From: Burkholderiales bacterium
GTDB taxonomy: Bacteria > Pseudomonadota > Gammaproteobacteria > Burkholderiales > Burkholderiaceae_C
Length of the DNA: 57,294 bases
Assembly: GCA_039932275.1 (NCBI GenBank)
Contig: JBDTQF010000001.1
Span: 1 to 57,294 of the forward strand
Direction of reading: 5' to 3'
Shown piece after piece: positions 28,449-38,252 of the stretch. The notes under the pieces are model-generated. The model was not told the origin of the DNA, made no database searches, and saw only the letters and a list, made by a program, of their open reading frames with translations. Made by a program: the position numbers and the translations under genes. Position 1 is the stretch's first letter; every line of letters begins with the position of its first letter.

Positions 28449-29654
28449 TCAACGCTCCATCTTCAGCAGCACGGGCGAGTCCTGGCACTCGGCATACGCG
28501 AGCACGGCCAGCTCGCTGTAGTCCATGCCGCGCATTTCCTGCGTGGGCGAGGCGCGTACACCGGCGCCCATGCGTGCCAGCAAGGCGAAGCCGCCGTACG
28601 CCAATGGAAAGGTCCAGGCGAAGCAGGCCACAGCACCGAGCAGTTGGACGGTCAGGCGGGTGGGATTGAAAAGGTCGTCACTGAAGAACAACCCGGCGGC
28701 CAGCACACCCCACACGCAGCCCACTCCATGGATGGCGATGGCATCGACCGGATCGTCGATGCGGGCGTTGCGCAACCGCTGCGCGGCCCACAGGCACAAC
28801 GGCCCGGCGACCGCACCCGTGACCAATGCGGCCCAAGCCGATTGCGTGGCCGCCCCGGCGCTGCCGGCGACCAGGCCGCAGACGCTGCCCTTGATCAGCC
28901 GACGGGCCAGCGTCGGCGTGGAACCACGCGGCTGGCCCAGCGTCGCTGCCAGCCCGCCAGCGCAACCGGCCAGGCCAGTGTTCAGCAGCACCTGGGCGGC
29001 TTGCGCATCGGTTGACAAGCCGGCGTTCAGGCCCACCCAGCCGGCCCACACCAGCAGCGCGCCACCGCCCAGCAGCGGCCCGCTGTGGCCGGCGATCTCG
29101 CGCACTTCGCCGGCAGGCCCGTAGCGGCCCAGCCGCGGCCCGGCTGCCAGCACTGCCGCCAGTGCGCACCAGGCGCCGACGCCATGCACGCTGGCGGCAC
29201 CCGCGCCGTCGATGAAGCCGAGCTGCCTGAGCCAGCCCTGGGGATGGCCGCTCCAGTGGACAAAAGCCGGGTACACCACCAACGACAACAACACCGCCAG
29301 ACCCAGGTAGGCGACCAGACGTCCACGTTCTGCCATGGCACCCGAGGCCAGGTTCAGCGCGGTGGCAGCCACCAGCGCCTGGAACGGCAGCCCGGCCAGG
29401 CCGCCATCCGAGCCGGACAATCCAAAGCCGCTGCGGCCGATCCAGCCGCCGAGGCTGTCACCGTGCGCCAAGCCGCGGCCCATCAAGGTGTAGAGCAGGC
29501 CGGCGACGACGGTGCCCAGGGCCACCTTGGCGAAACCATGCAGGGCATTCTTGGCCCGGACGGTGCCACTTTCCGTGAACGCCAGCCCCGCCTGCAGCAC
29601 CAGCAGTAGTGCTGCGCAGGCAGCTGGCCAAGCAGGTGAAACGGAATCAATCAT
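28449..29654 (-). CDS. Ammonium transporter (Amt) family protein, divergent
   Basis: QAGLA..ESG.VR.KN, SGAMAER, D.AG...VH, GPRLGRY, DDPVDAIAIHG. Confidence 0.9.
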   Translation of the reverse strand: MIDSVSPAWPAACAALLLVLQAGLAFTESGTVRAKNALHGFAKVALGTVVAGLLYTLMGRGLAHGDSLGGWIGRSGFGLSGSDGGLAGLPFQALVAATALNLASGAMAERGRLVAYLGLAVLLSLVVYPAFVHWSGHPQGWLRQLGFIDGAGAASVHGVGAWCALAAVLAAGPRLGRYGPAGEVREIAGHSGPLLGGGALLVWAGWVGLNAGLSTDAQAAQVLLNTGLAGCAGGLAATLGQPRGSTPTLARRLIKGSVCGLVAGSAGAATQSAWAALVTGAVAGPLCLWAAQRLRNARIDDPVDAIAIHGVGCVWGVLAAGLFFSDDLFNPTRLTVQLLGAVACFAWTFPLAYGGFALLARMGAGVRASPTQEMRGMDYSELAVLAYAECQDSPVLLKMER

Positions 29655-29836
29655 CGGACGCCCAACGCAACACAGACTGCAAAGCGTCTGAAGGTAAGGC
29701 TGCCCTCAGTGGGCGTCAACTTTTTCCATTCCCGACGCCCCCCAACTGCAGGGTACGGCGTCGTGCCGATGTCATGCGAAAGGTGGATTTGTTCACAGCT
29801 GGGCCGAGCAAACCGGCCGCGCGCTCGGCGAGCTGG

Positions 29837-30367
29837 CTACATCCACTGCGGCTCAATGCCCCGCGAGCGCAGCCATTGCGCCAGCGCTTGGCCGGTACCG
29901 GCGCGCCAGCAACGCACGTCCTGAGGTGCGAACAGCCGGTAGTCCACCAGCTCGGGCGAGAGCCGGATCTCGCCACGGGCCTGGGCGTGGTACGCGATGA
30001 TGATCTGGTTCATGCGCTGGAAGTCCCATACCCCTAGCAGCGTCAAGGCGTCCACCGCCAGCGAGGTTTCCTCCATCACTTCGCGGCGGATGCCTTCTTC
30101 CGGGCTCTCGCCAGCTTCCATGAAACCGGTGATCAGCCCGAAGAACGGTTTGTCGCCCCAGGCCGCATTGCGGGCCAGCAGCACGCGGCCTTCGCGGTCG
30201 GTGCACTCGATCACTGCTGCCAGCACCGGGGTGGGGTTGTTCCAATGCGTGAAGTCGCAGGCCGTGCAGCGCAGCCGCGATGTGGGACCGCCGTCTTCGG
30301 CCTCTTCGCGCCAGGCCAGTGCGCTGGCGCACAGGGGACAAAAGCGCCATAGGGTGGAGTGACTCAT
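29837..30367 (-). CDS. NUDIX hydrolase with N-terminal zinc ribbon (NudC-like)
   Basis: CPLC...CTAC, NNPTP, GFMEAGESPEEGIRREVMEET Nudix box. Confidence 0.9.
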   Translation of the reverse strand: MSHSTLWRFCPLCASALAWREEAEDGGPTSRLRCTACDFTHWNNPTPVLAAVIECTDREGRVLLARNAAWGDKPFFGLITGFMEAGESPEEGIRREVMEETSLAVDALTLLGVWDFQRMNQIIIAYHAQARGEIRLSPELVDYRLFAPQDVRCWRAGTGQALAQWLRSRGIEPQWM

Positions 30368-30379
30368 GGTGGCACGTCC

Positions 30380-31297
30380 TCAGGCTGGGAACACGCCGGT
30401 CGACAGGTAGCGGTCACCGCGGTCGCAGACGATGAACACGATGGTGGCGTTTTCTACCCCTCGGGCGATCTGCAGCGCTGCCCAGCAGGCCCCGGCGGCC
30501 GAGATGCCGGCGAACAGGCCTTCCTCGCGCGCCAGACGGCGTGCCATCTCTTCGGCATCGGCCTGGCTGACGTTGACCACCTCGTCCACGCTGCGCGGGT
30601 CGAAGATCTTCGGCAGGTAGGCCTCGGGCCACTTGCGGATGCCAGGGATGCGTGACCCCTCGGCCGGCTGGGCGCCGATGATGCGCACCGCCGGGTTGGC
30701 TTCCTTCAGGAAGTGCGACACGCCGGTGATGGTGCCGGTGGTGCCCATGGCGCTGACGAAATGGGTGATGCGCCCGCCGGTATCGCGCCAGATCTCCGGC
30801 CCGGTGGTTTCGTAATGAATGCGCGGGTTGTCGTCGTTGCCGAACTGGTCAAGCACGCGGCCCTTGCCGTCGCGCTGCATTTGCTCGGCCAAGTCGCGCG
30901 CGTACTCCATGCCACCGGCCTTGGGCGTGAGGATGAGTTCGGCGCCAAAGGCCTTCATCGTCTGGGCGCGTTCGATCGACAGATCCTCCGGCATGATCAG
31001 CAGCATGCGGTAGCCCTTGATGGCCGCCGCCATCGCCAGCGCGATGCCGGTGTTGCCCGAGGTGGCTTCGATCAGCGTGTCGCCCGGGCGGATGTCGCCG
31101 CGCTCTTCGGCGCGGCGGATCATGCTGATGGCCGGGCGATCTTTGACCGAGCCCGCTGGGTTGTTGCCTTCGAGCTTGCCGAGGACGACGTTGCCGCGCG
31201 CCGCGATGGCCGGGCCGGGCAGGCGCTGCAGCCGCACCAGCGGCGTGGCGCCGATGACGTCCTCGATGGTCTTGTACTGTGGGGGTGAATCAGACAT
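30380..31297 (-). CDS. cysM: Cysteine synthase B
   Basis: KLEGNNPAGSVKDR, EATSGNTGI, MGTTGT, IPGIRKWP, CDRGDRYLST. Confidence 0.95.
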   Translation of the reverse strand: MSDSPPQYKTIEDVIGATPLVRLQRLPGPAIAARGNVVLGKLEGNNPAGSVKDRPAISMIRRAEERGDIRPGDTLIEATSGNTGIALAMAAAIKGYRMLLIMPEDLSIERAQTMKAFGAELILTPKAGGMEYARDLAEQMQRDGKGRVLDQFGNDDNPRIHYETTGPEIWRDTGGRITHFVSAMGTTGTITGVSHFLKEANPAVRIIGAQPAEGSRIPGIRKWPEAYLPKIFDPRSVDEVVNVSQADAEEMARRLAREEGLFAGISAAGACWAALQIARGVENATIVFIVCDRGDRYLSTGVFPA

Positions 31298-31413
31298 GGA
31301 ACCTCCTCGTTCGATTGTGGCAGCAAGGCCGTGGCGGGGCACTGCGAAGCAGTCTGGCGGCGCGGGGCTGCGTGCCATAATCGCGCCCCGCGCAAGCACT
31401 GCGCGTCGCACCT

Positions 31414-31501
31414 GCCGGAGTGGCGAAATCGGTAGACGCAGTGGATTCAAAATCCACCGCCCTCAACAGGCGTGCCGGTTCGAGTCCGGCCTCCGGCACC
31501 A
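31414..31501 (+). tRNA. tRNA-Leu(CAA)
   Basis: Acceptor stem GCCGGAG/CTCCGGC, anticodon arm GTGGA-TT-CAA-AA-TCCAC, long variable arm, GTTCGAG T-loop, encoded CCA. Confidence 0.97.
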
Positions 31502-31649
31502 TCGGTCATCCGTTCACCTGCTGCGCAGCTCGAGCTGCGCGTTGCGGTGCTCGCCGAACCGATGTACGGCTGCGCTTCTCGCGCGCACCTCGGGCTGCTC
31601 GCGACGGTGCCGGGACGACCGATGAGTCTTGTCTTTCCAGAAGGAATCT

Positions 31650-32249
31650 ATGCCGCAACTGCCCCCGACCACCAAGATCCTGATGCTCGCCTGCACGGTG
31701 ATGTTCTGCGTGCAGCTTCTGCTGGGCCGCTGGGTGGAGGGGCTGTTTGCGCTGTGGCCCATCGGCTCGGGGTTGTTCATGCCGTGGCAACTGCTGACCT
31801 ATGCCTTCCTGCATGGCAGCTTCACCCACCTGCTGTTCAACATGCTGGGCCTGTGGATGTTCGGCGCCGAGTTGGAACAGATCTGGGGCCGCAAGCGTTA
31901 CCTGCAGTACCTGGCCGCCAGTGCGCTGGCCGGTGCGGTGTGTCAGCTGGCCGTGACGGCGCTGCTGGGGTCGTTCGGCGCGACGCTGGGCGCCTCGGGC
32001 GCGTTGTATGGGCTGCTGCTGGCTTTCGGCATGATGTTCCCTGAGCGCACCATCGTGCCGCTGATCCCGCCGATCCCGATGAAGGCCAAGGTGTTCGTGG
32101 CCGTGTTCGGCGGGTTGGAGCTGCTGTTCGGCCTGATGGGCGGCAGCGGTGTGGCGCACTTCGCCCACCTGGGCGGCATGCTGGGCGGGTGGCTGATGTT
32201 CCGTTTCTGGCGCGGACAGGCGCCCTTCCCGCCGCGCAAGCGGCGGTAG
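31650..32249 (+). CDS. Rhomboid family intramembrane serine protease
   Basis: WQLLTYAFLH, HLLFNM, GASG, AHFAHLGG; AAGGA RBS. Confidence 0.93.
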   Translation: MPQLPPTTKILMLACTVMFCVQLLLGRWVEGLFALWPIGSGLFMPWQLLTYAFLHGSFTHLLFNMLGLWMFGAELEQIWGRKRYLQYLAASALAGAVCQLAVTALLGSFGATLGASGALYGLLLAFGMMFPERTIVPLIPPIPMKAKVFVAVFGGLELLFGLMGGSGVAHFAHLGGMLGGWLMFRFWRGQAPFPPRKRR

Positions 32250-32298
32250 CCCTACGATCCGCCGCGCAAGCGGCGGTAGCTCTACGATCCGCCGCGCA
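32229..32298. repeat. 30-bp tandem repeat (about 2.3 copies) spanning two convergent stop codons
   Basis: CCGCCGCGCAAGCGGCGGTAGC(C/T)CTACGAT at 32229 and 32259, partial copy at 32289. Confidence 0.9.
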
Positions 32299-33202
32299 GT
32301 CCTTCGCGCACTGTGGGGTAGTGCAGGCGCACACGCAATTCCTGTTTCATGCGCTGGTTGATCAGCCGGCGTGATTCGCTCATGAAGCTCAGCTGCACTG
32401 GGCGCATGACTTGCTGGGCTTGCGCGCGCGTGACGCGTGGCGGTGCGGGCAACCCACACAGCTCGGCGGCCAGGTCGAAGTAGTCGCCCATCAGCAGCTC
32501 GGTGTCGTCACTCGCGTGGTAGATGCGCTGGCTGCTGCCGCGCAGCAGGGCGGCCAGGGCGATGCACGCCAGATCATCGGCGTGGATGTGGTTGGTGTGG
32601 ACGTCGTCCTGCGTGGCCAGCACCGGCGTACCGCGTCGGATGCGTTCGCCCGGGTGGCCACCCGGGCGGTCGATGGCATAGATGCCGGGCACACGCAGGA
32701 TCATCGAGCGGCTGCCGCTGGCCAGGGCCCAGGCGCGGACGCGCTGTTCGGCGTCGACCCGCCGGCGGGCCCGGTCGGTGGCGGGCGCGGTGGGCCGGCT
32801 CTCGTCGAAGCGCTGGCCTTGCGCATCACCGTACACACCGCTGGTGCTGGCATAGACCAGCCGCCGCAGTGCACCGCCGCGTGCCAGCACCGCCAGCAAC
32901 GCGGCGGTGCGCGGGTCGGTGGCGCCATGGCCCGGCGGTGGTGCGAGGTGCATCACCCAGGGGGCCAACGCTCGCAGGCGCGTCAGCGAGCGAGGCTCGT
33001 CAAGGTTGCCGGCAATCGGCTTGACACCAGCAGTGCGCAGCGTGTCCCGGCGTTCGGGCGATGAGCTCAAGGCACGCACCCGCCAATGCGCTGCCACCGC
33101 CCGCGCCACGCGCAGGCCGACGTCGCCGCAGCCCACGATCAGCAGGCGCGGACGCCGGAACGCGGCTGGTCTGAGGACGGCTGGCGCATGGCGGACGGGC
33201 AA
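32282..33202 (-). CDS. NAD-dependent epimerase / atypical SDR (YeeZ-like)
   Basis: LIVGCGDVG, YASTSGVYGD, LRVPGIY, NHIHADDLA, SFMSESRR. Start uncertain. Confidence 0.88.
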   Translation of the reverse strand: MPVRHAPAVLRPAAFRRPRLLIVGCGDVGLRVARAVAAHWRVRALSSSPERRDTLRTAGVKPIAGNLDEPRSLTRLRALAPWVMHLAPPPGHGATDPRTAALLAVLARGGALRRLVYASTSGVYGDAQGQRFDESRPTAPATDRARRRVDAEQRVRAWALASGSRSMILRVPGIYAIDRPGGHPGERIRRGTPVLATQDDVHTNHIHADDLACIALAALLRGSSQRIYHASDDTELLMGDYFDLAAELCGLPAPPRVTRAQAQQVMRPVQLSFMSESRRLINQRMKQELRVRLHYPTVREGLRGGS

Positions 33203-33248
33203 AATGCGGCGCTTGGTTGACGAGACCATCCGACCCAGAGGATTTGCG

Positions 33249-34277
33249 ATGACGTTCAAGGTGAGTGTGCTGCCAGCAGAGCGCAGTTTCGAGGTGGCAC
33301 GCGACGAAGCGATTCTGCCCGCAGCGATCCGCCAGGGCGTTGGCCTGCCGTATGGGTGCAAGGACGGCGCCTGCAGTTCCTGCAAATGCCGTTTGCTGGA
33401 AGGCCGTGTGATCCATGGCGCTCATCAGCTCAAGGCGTTGTCGCTGGCGGAGGAGGCCGCGGGCTGGGTCCTCACCTGCTGCGCCACCCCGCAGACCGAC
33501 CTGGTGCTGGAAGCGCGCCAGGTCATCGCCGAAGACCAGTTTGCGGTGGTGAAAATGCCGGTGCGTTTGGCGGCCCTCAGCAAGCCGGCGCCCGACGTGG
33601 CGCTTCTCAAGCTGCAGTTGCCGGCCAGCCACACCTTCCGATGGCATGCCGGGCAGTACCTCGAGTTCATCCTGAAGGACGGTGTACGCCGGGCTTATTC
33701 CATCGCCAATGCACCGCATACAGTGGCCGGTGGGCTGGAACTGCACATCCGCCACATGCCCGGAGGCGTCTTCACCGACCACGTGTTCGGGGCAATGAAG
33801 GAGAAGGAGATCCTGCGCGCAGAAGGCCCGTTCGGCACGTTCTTCCTGCGCGACAGCAACCGGCCCCTCGTGCTGCTGGCGTCGGGCACCGGCTTCGCGC
33901 CCGTCAAAGCCATGTTGGAAGACCTGCTGGCGCGTGGAACCGACCGACCGGTGAGCCTGTACTGGGGCTGCCGCAGCAAGGCCGATCTGTACCTGCACGA
34001 CTGGGCGCTGGCGATGGCGCAGCAGATGCCCGGCCTGCGCTACGTGCCGGTGTTGTCGGAGCCGCTGCCTGACGATGGCTGGCGGGGTCGTACCGGCTTG
34101 GTTCACCAGGCCGTGATGGCCGATTGGCCGGACCTGTCGAGCCACGAGGTCTATGCCTGCGGTGCGCCGGCCATGGTCGACGCCGCGCAACGTGACTTCA
34201 CCACCCGCTGCGGCCTGGATGGCGCGCAGTTCTATGCCGACGCCTTCCTCTCGCAGGCCGATCGGGCGGCGGTCTGA
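33249..34277 (+). CDS. 2Fe-2S ferredoxin-NAD(P)H reductase (CDP-6-deoxy-delta-3,4-glucoseen reductase family)
   Basis: YGCKDGACSSCK, LTCC, RAYSIAN, GPFGTF, ASGTGFAP, YACG. Confidence 0.92.
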   Translation: MTFKVSVLPAERSFEVARDEAILPAAIRQGVGLPYGCKDGACSSCKCRLLEGRVIHGAHQLKALSLAEEAAGWVLTCCATPQTDLVLEARQVIAEDQFAVVKMPVRLAALSKPAPDVALLKLQLPASHTFRWHAGQYLEFILKDGVRRAYSIANAPHTVAGGLELHIRHMPGGVFTDHVFGAMKEKEILRAEGPFGTFFLRDSNRPLVLLASGTGFAPVKAMLEDLLARGTDRPVSLYWGCRSKADLYLHDWALAMAQQMPGLRYVPVLSEPLPDDGWRGRTGLVHQAVMADWPDLSSHEVYACGAPAMVDAAQRDFTTRCGLDGAQFYADAFLSQADRAAV

Positions 34278-34311
34278 CGAGCGGGTGTTGCCAAGAGGGG
34301 TGTCACCAAAG

Positions 34312-34337
34312 AAAAAGCCCGCTTGCGCGGGCCTTTT
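34312..34337. terminator. Bidirectional intrinsic terminator
   Basis: AAAAA-GCCCGC-ttgc-GCGGGC-cTTTT between convergent genes. Confidence 0.8.
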
Positions 34338-34361
34338 GCTCCATCACCGAGATCGTGGCTG

Positions 34362-34661
34362 TCAGGCTGCAGCAGCCAGCGACTTGATCTTGGCAGACAG
34401 GCGGCTCTTCAGGCGAGCGGCCTTGTTCTTGTGGAAGATGCCCTTGTCGGCGATCGAATCGATCACACGCTGGGCCTTCTTGAAGGTGTCGGCGGCCTTG
34501 GCCTTGTCGCCGGTGATGACGACCTTCAGCACGCCTTTCACTGCAGTGCGGAATTCCGAACGCAGCGAGGTATTGCTTGCATTGAGCTTGACGTCCTGGC
34601 GCGCGCGCTTGCGCCCAGAGGCGATGCGCACGGTGCGCTTCTTGAGTTTTCCGGTAGCCAT
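34362..34661 (-). CDS. rpsT: 30S ribosomal protein S20
   Basis: SGRKRARQ...N...RS..RTAVK and [16 protein letters not shown]. Confidence 0.97.
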   Translation of the reverse strand: MATGKLKKRTVRIASGRKRARQDVKLNASNTSLRSEFRTAVKGVLKVVITGDKAKAADTFKKAQRVIDSIADKGIFHKNKAARLKSRLSAKIKSLAAAA

Positions 34662-34845
34662 GGATGTGCAGTGCCTGGGTGAGGATAGCCGGCGAGTGTA
34701 GCACGCTGACGTGCCTTGACCAAGGCCGGCGTGCCGGGCGGCTGATGCCGTGCCGGCGGCGCCGATAATCGCGCGCTTTGTCGCCCGGCATGCTGCCGGC
34801 GGCGTCCCTGTCTGCGCCCGGTGAGGGCGGTCTGCCTGGCCTTGC

Positions 34846-36408
34846 ATGAACCTGCTGCGCGCTGCTTCCCTCGTTTCCCTGCTGACGCTTGCGTCGCGCA
34901 TCACCGGGCTGGTGCGCGAGCAGTTGATTGCCGCAGCCTTCGGCGCCAGCACCTGGACCGATGCCTTTCAGGTGGCGTTCCGCATCCCCAACCTGCTGCG
35001 GCGGCTGTTCGCCGAAGGTGCGTTCTCGCAGGCCTTCGTGCCCATCCTGGCGGCGTCGCGCGCTAAAAATGGCGATGCGGCCACGCACCTGCTGATCGAT
35101 GCCGTGGCCACGGTGCTGGCCTGGGCGCTCACGCTGACCTGCTTGGTCGGCGTGATTGGCGCGCCGGTGGTGGTGTGGGTGATGGCGTCGGGGCTGCCCG
35201 AGCCGGGCTTTGACGCCGCGGTGCATATGACGCGCTGGATGTTCCCGTACATCGGCTGCATGTCGCTGGTGGCACTGGCGGCCGGCATTCTCAACACCTG
35301 GAAGCGCTTTGCCGCGCCGGCCGCCACGCCGGTATTGCTCAACCTCGCGGTGATCGCTGCGGCCTGGTGGTTGGCACCGGTATTCAAGGCGCGTGGCATC
35401 GAGCCGGTGTATGCGCTGGCGGTCGGGGTGATGGTGGGTGGCGTGCTGCAACTGGTGGTGCAGGTGCCGGTGCTGGCGCGGCTGGGCCTGCTGCCGCGCA
35501 TCGGCGTCACGCTGCCAAGCCTGCGGCGCGCCTATGCGCATGACGGCGTGCGGCGCATCCTGCGCCAGATGGGCCCGGCGCTGCTGGGCGTCTCGGTGGC
35601 GCAGCTGTCGTTGCTGATCAATACGCAGATCGCCTCGCACCTGCCGGCCGGCTCGGTCTCCTGGCTGACCTATGCCGACCGGCTGATGGAATTTCCGACC
35701 GCGCTGCTGGGCGTGGCGCTGGGGGTGGTGTTGTTGCCGCAACTCGCAGCGGCTCAGGCGGTGCAGGCCACCGATCGTTATTCGGCGCTGCTCGACTGGG
35801 GCCTGCGCCTGATGCTGCTGCTGGCGCTGCCCTGTGCGGTGGCGCTGGTGGTCTTCACCCAGCCGCTGGTGGCGGTGCTGTACCACTACGGCAAGTTCCA
35901 GGCGGTCGATGTACAGATGACGGTGACCGCCCTGATGGGCTACGGCGTGGGCTTGATGGGTCTGGTGGGGGTCAAGGTGCTGGCGCCGGGCTTCTATGCC
36001 CAGCAGGACATCCGCACGCCGGTGAAGATCGCCGTGGCGGTGCTGGTGCTGACGCAGTTGCTGAACCTGGTCTTCGTGCCCTGGCTGGGCCATGCCGGGC
36101 TGGCCCTGTCGATCGGCTTGGCTGCGCTGATCAATGCCGCCTGGCTGCTGGTGGGCCTGCGGCGCCGCGGCAGCTACCGGCCGGAGCCGGGTTGGCCGGG
36201 CTTTGCGCTGCGGGTGGTGGCCGGGTGCGTGGTGATGGGCGCGGGCCTGTTCTATGCCGCCGGGCACTGGGACTGGATCGGGCTGCGCGCAGTGCCCGGC
36301 GAGCGCGTCGCGCTGCTGGCCGGCGTGCTGGCCGCCGCGGCGGTGCTGTACTTCGGCACGCTGGCGGTTTGCGGGCTGCCGCTGCGCCAGTTCGCCCGCC
36401 GAACCTGA
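34846..36408 (+). CDS. murJ: Lipid II flippase MurJ
   Basis: [41 protein letters not shown]. Divergent from rpsT. Confidence 0.97.
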   Translation: MNLLRAASLVSLLTLASRITGLVREQLIAAAFGASTWTDAFQVAFRIPNLLRRLFAEGAFSQAFVPILAASRAKNGDAATHLLIDAVATVLAWALTLTCLVGVIGAPVVVWVMASGLPEPGFDAAVHMTRWMFPYIGCMSLVALAAGILNTWKRFAAPAATPVLLNLAVIAAAWWLAPVFKARGIEPVYALAVGVMVGGVLQLVVQVPVLARLGLLPRIGVTLPSLRRAYAHDGVRRILRQMGPALLGVSVAQLSLLINTQIASHLPAGSVSWLTYADRLMEFPTALLGVALGVVLLPQLAAAQAVQATDRYSALLDWGLRLMLLLALPCAVALVVFTQPLVAVLYHYGKFQAVDVQMTVTALMGYGVGLMGLVGVKVLAPGFYAQQDIRTPVKIAVAVLVLTQLLNLVFVPWLGHAGLALSIGLAALINAAWLLVGLRRRGSYRPEPGWPGFALRVVAGCVVMGAGLFYAAGHWDWIGLRAVPGERVALLAGVLAAAAVLYFGTLAVCGLPLRQFARRT

Positions 36409-36491
36409 CCCCGCTGCGCCGATGGGCCCGCACGGCTGTCGGCTTGAACCACCGGTTGTGCAAGATTCGGCGCTGGTTCTACACTGGCTCC

Positions 36492-37361
36492 ATGCGCTGG
36501 ACCGTGCCGTCGTCGCTGGAATACTTTGCGCTGCTGGTGGGCGATGACAGCCATTTCCCGCTCACCGAGGCCGCCGTGTCGATCGCCCAGAGCGAACACC
36601 CCGCACTGGACCTGCAGTCGGTGCTGGGTGAGATCGACACCCTGGCCGAGCGCCTGCTCGTGCGGCTGCCGCGCGATGCCAGCGCGCTGCACCGCGTCAA
36701 GTTACTGCACCGCTACTTCTTCGAAGAGCTGGGTTTCGCCGGCAACGTCAACGACTACTACAGCACCGCCAACAGCTATGTGCACGAGGTGCTGCGCACG
36801 CGGCGTGGCATCCCCATTTCGCTGGCGGTGATCTACCTGGAACTGGCGCATCGGGTGGGGCTTGGTGCCACCGGCGTGAGCTTCCCCGGCCACTTCCTCG
36901 TGAAGCTGCGCCTGCCGCTGGGCGATGCGGTGATCGACCCGATGACCGGCACCTCGCTGAGCCGCGAAGCGCTGCTGGGGCAGATAGAACCCTATCTGCA
37001 GCGCGCCGGTGCCGGCGCCGCGGGTGTGGGACTGGAGGACCGTGGCTTGGCCGCCTTCCTGGGCCCGGCGGCGCCGCGCGAGATCGTCGCCCGCATGCTG
37101 CGCAACCTCGAAGCCATCCACCGTGCCGCCAAGGACTGGCCGCAATTGCTGGCGGTGCAGCAGCGGCTGGTGATCCTGCAGCCGCGGGATTGGGACTGGC
37201 GGCGCGACCGCGGCCTGACCTACGCCCAGCTGGGCCAGACCGATGCGGCCATCGACGACCTGACCGGCTACCTGCGGCATGCCCGCAACGCCGCGGACCG
37301 GGCCTCGATCGCCGCGCGGCTGCAGGCGCTGCGCGCGTCCGGGCCGCCGCGCTGGCACTGA
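36492..37361 (+). CDS. SirB1/YchA family (transglutaminase-like + TPR) protein
   Basis: GFAGN..DYY, R.GIPISL, FPGHFL, RMLRNL, RDRGL. Confidence 0.9.
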   Translation: MRWTVPSSLEYFALLVGDDSHFPLTEAAVSIAQSEHPALDLQSVLGEIDTLAERLLVRLPRDASALHRVKLLHRYFFEELGFAGNVNDYYSTANSYVHEVLRTRRGIPISLAVIYLELAHRVGLGATGVSFPGHFLVKLRLPLGDAVIDPMTGTSLSREALLGQIEPYLQRAGAGAAGVGLEDRGLAAFLGPAAPREIVARMLRNLEAIHRAAKDWPQLLAVQQRLVILQPRDWDWRRDRGLTYAQLGQTDAAIDDLTGYLRHARNAADRASIAARLQALRASGPPRWH

Positions 37362-37553
37362 AACCCTAGAATCGCGGGCTGGGCGGCGGCCAATGTCGAG
37401 GCCGAACCATTCCCCTGCGCCGTGGTCACTCGCCCGCGTGAGCCGGTGCACTCCTCCCCCGATGACCTTCTTGTTTCGTACCCTGCCGTGGTGGCCGGCC
37501 CTGGATATTGCCGACGCATGAGTCCTCGCCTGGCCCTTTCTGCCACCGACCCG

Positions 37554-38252
37554 ATGCGCCAAATGACGCTGGCCCTGGGCGCGGCGCCGGCGCAGCGCTT
37601 CGACAATTTCGTGCCGGGCGCCAATGACCAATGGCCGCAGGTGCTGGAGGCACTGCGCGCGCCGCGCGCCGGGGTGCCGCTGTTCGTGTGGGGCCCCAGC
37701 GGCAGCGGCAAGTCGCACCTGCTGGCCGCCGCCGCCGATGCCGTGCAGGCGCGGGGCGGCCGGGTGATGGCCTGCGGCGCCGACAGCCCATTGCCGTGGA
37801 CCTTCGATGCCGACCTGCGGCTGCTGCTGCTGGACGATGCCGAGCGCTACAGCGATGCGCAGCAGCATGCGGCCTTCACGCTGTTCGTCGAGGCCACCAC
37901 CCATGCGGTGCCGGTGCTCGCAGCCGGGCGCCTGCCGCCGGTGGACCTGCCGGTGCGCGAGGACCTGCGCACGCGGCTGGGCTGGGGCCTGGTCTATCAG
38001 TTGGTGCCGCCCACCGATGCCGAGGTGCGCGCCCTGATGCGGCGCGAGGCCGACCGACGCGGCATCCTGTTGGGCGATGACGTGATCGACTACCTGCTGA
38101 CGCGCCATGCGCGCAACCTGAGCCACTTGATGAACCTTCTCGACCGACTCGATGTGTTCTCGCTGGCCTCGAAACGGGCGGTGACCTTGCCGCTGCTGCG
38201 GCAGATGCTGGCCACCGAGGCTGCCATGCCCGAGAGCGGAGGCGCGTCGTGA
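37554..38252 (+). CDS. hda: DnaA regulatory inactivator Hda
   Basis: QMTL clamp-binding-like motif, FDNF, GPSGSGKSHL, DLRTRLGWG, KRAVTLPLLR. Alternative start at 37518. Confidence 0.88.
   Translation: MRQMTLALGAAPAQRFDNFVPGANDQWPQVLEALRAPRAGVPLFVWGPSGSGKSHLLAAAADAVQARGGRVMACGADSPLPWTFDADLRLLLLDDAERYSDAQQHAAFTLFVEATTHAVPVLAAGRLPPVDLPVREDLRTRLGWGLVYQLVPPTDAEVRALMRREADRRGILLGDDVIDYLLTRHARNLSHLMNLLDRLDVFSLASKRAVTLPLLRQMLATEAAMPESGGAS

Noticed and set aside
31414-31650. tRNA-Leu as an island integration site
   Set aside because: No integrase or duplicated tRNA 3' end is seen, and the flanking genes are housekeeping.
32229-32298. 30-bp palindromic repeats as a CRISPR array
   Set aside because: The units are directly adjacent with no unique spacers, and there are no cas genes.
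33249-34277. Reductase as part of the polysaccharide pathway
   Set aside because: It lies more than 10 kb away among core genes, and no other CDP-dideoxysugar genes are present.
34362-34661. N-terminal extension of S20 ([12 protein letters not shown]) as a novelty
   Set aside because: Similar extensions are, to my recollection, normal in this Burkholderiales lineage.
34303-36267. Long antisense ORFs (this one, 9064-10461, 39037-40386, 53359-54807 and others)
   Set aside because: They are shadow frames of clear genes in high-GC DNA and show no recognisable motifs.
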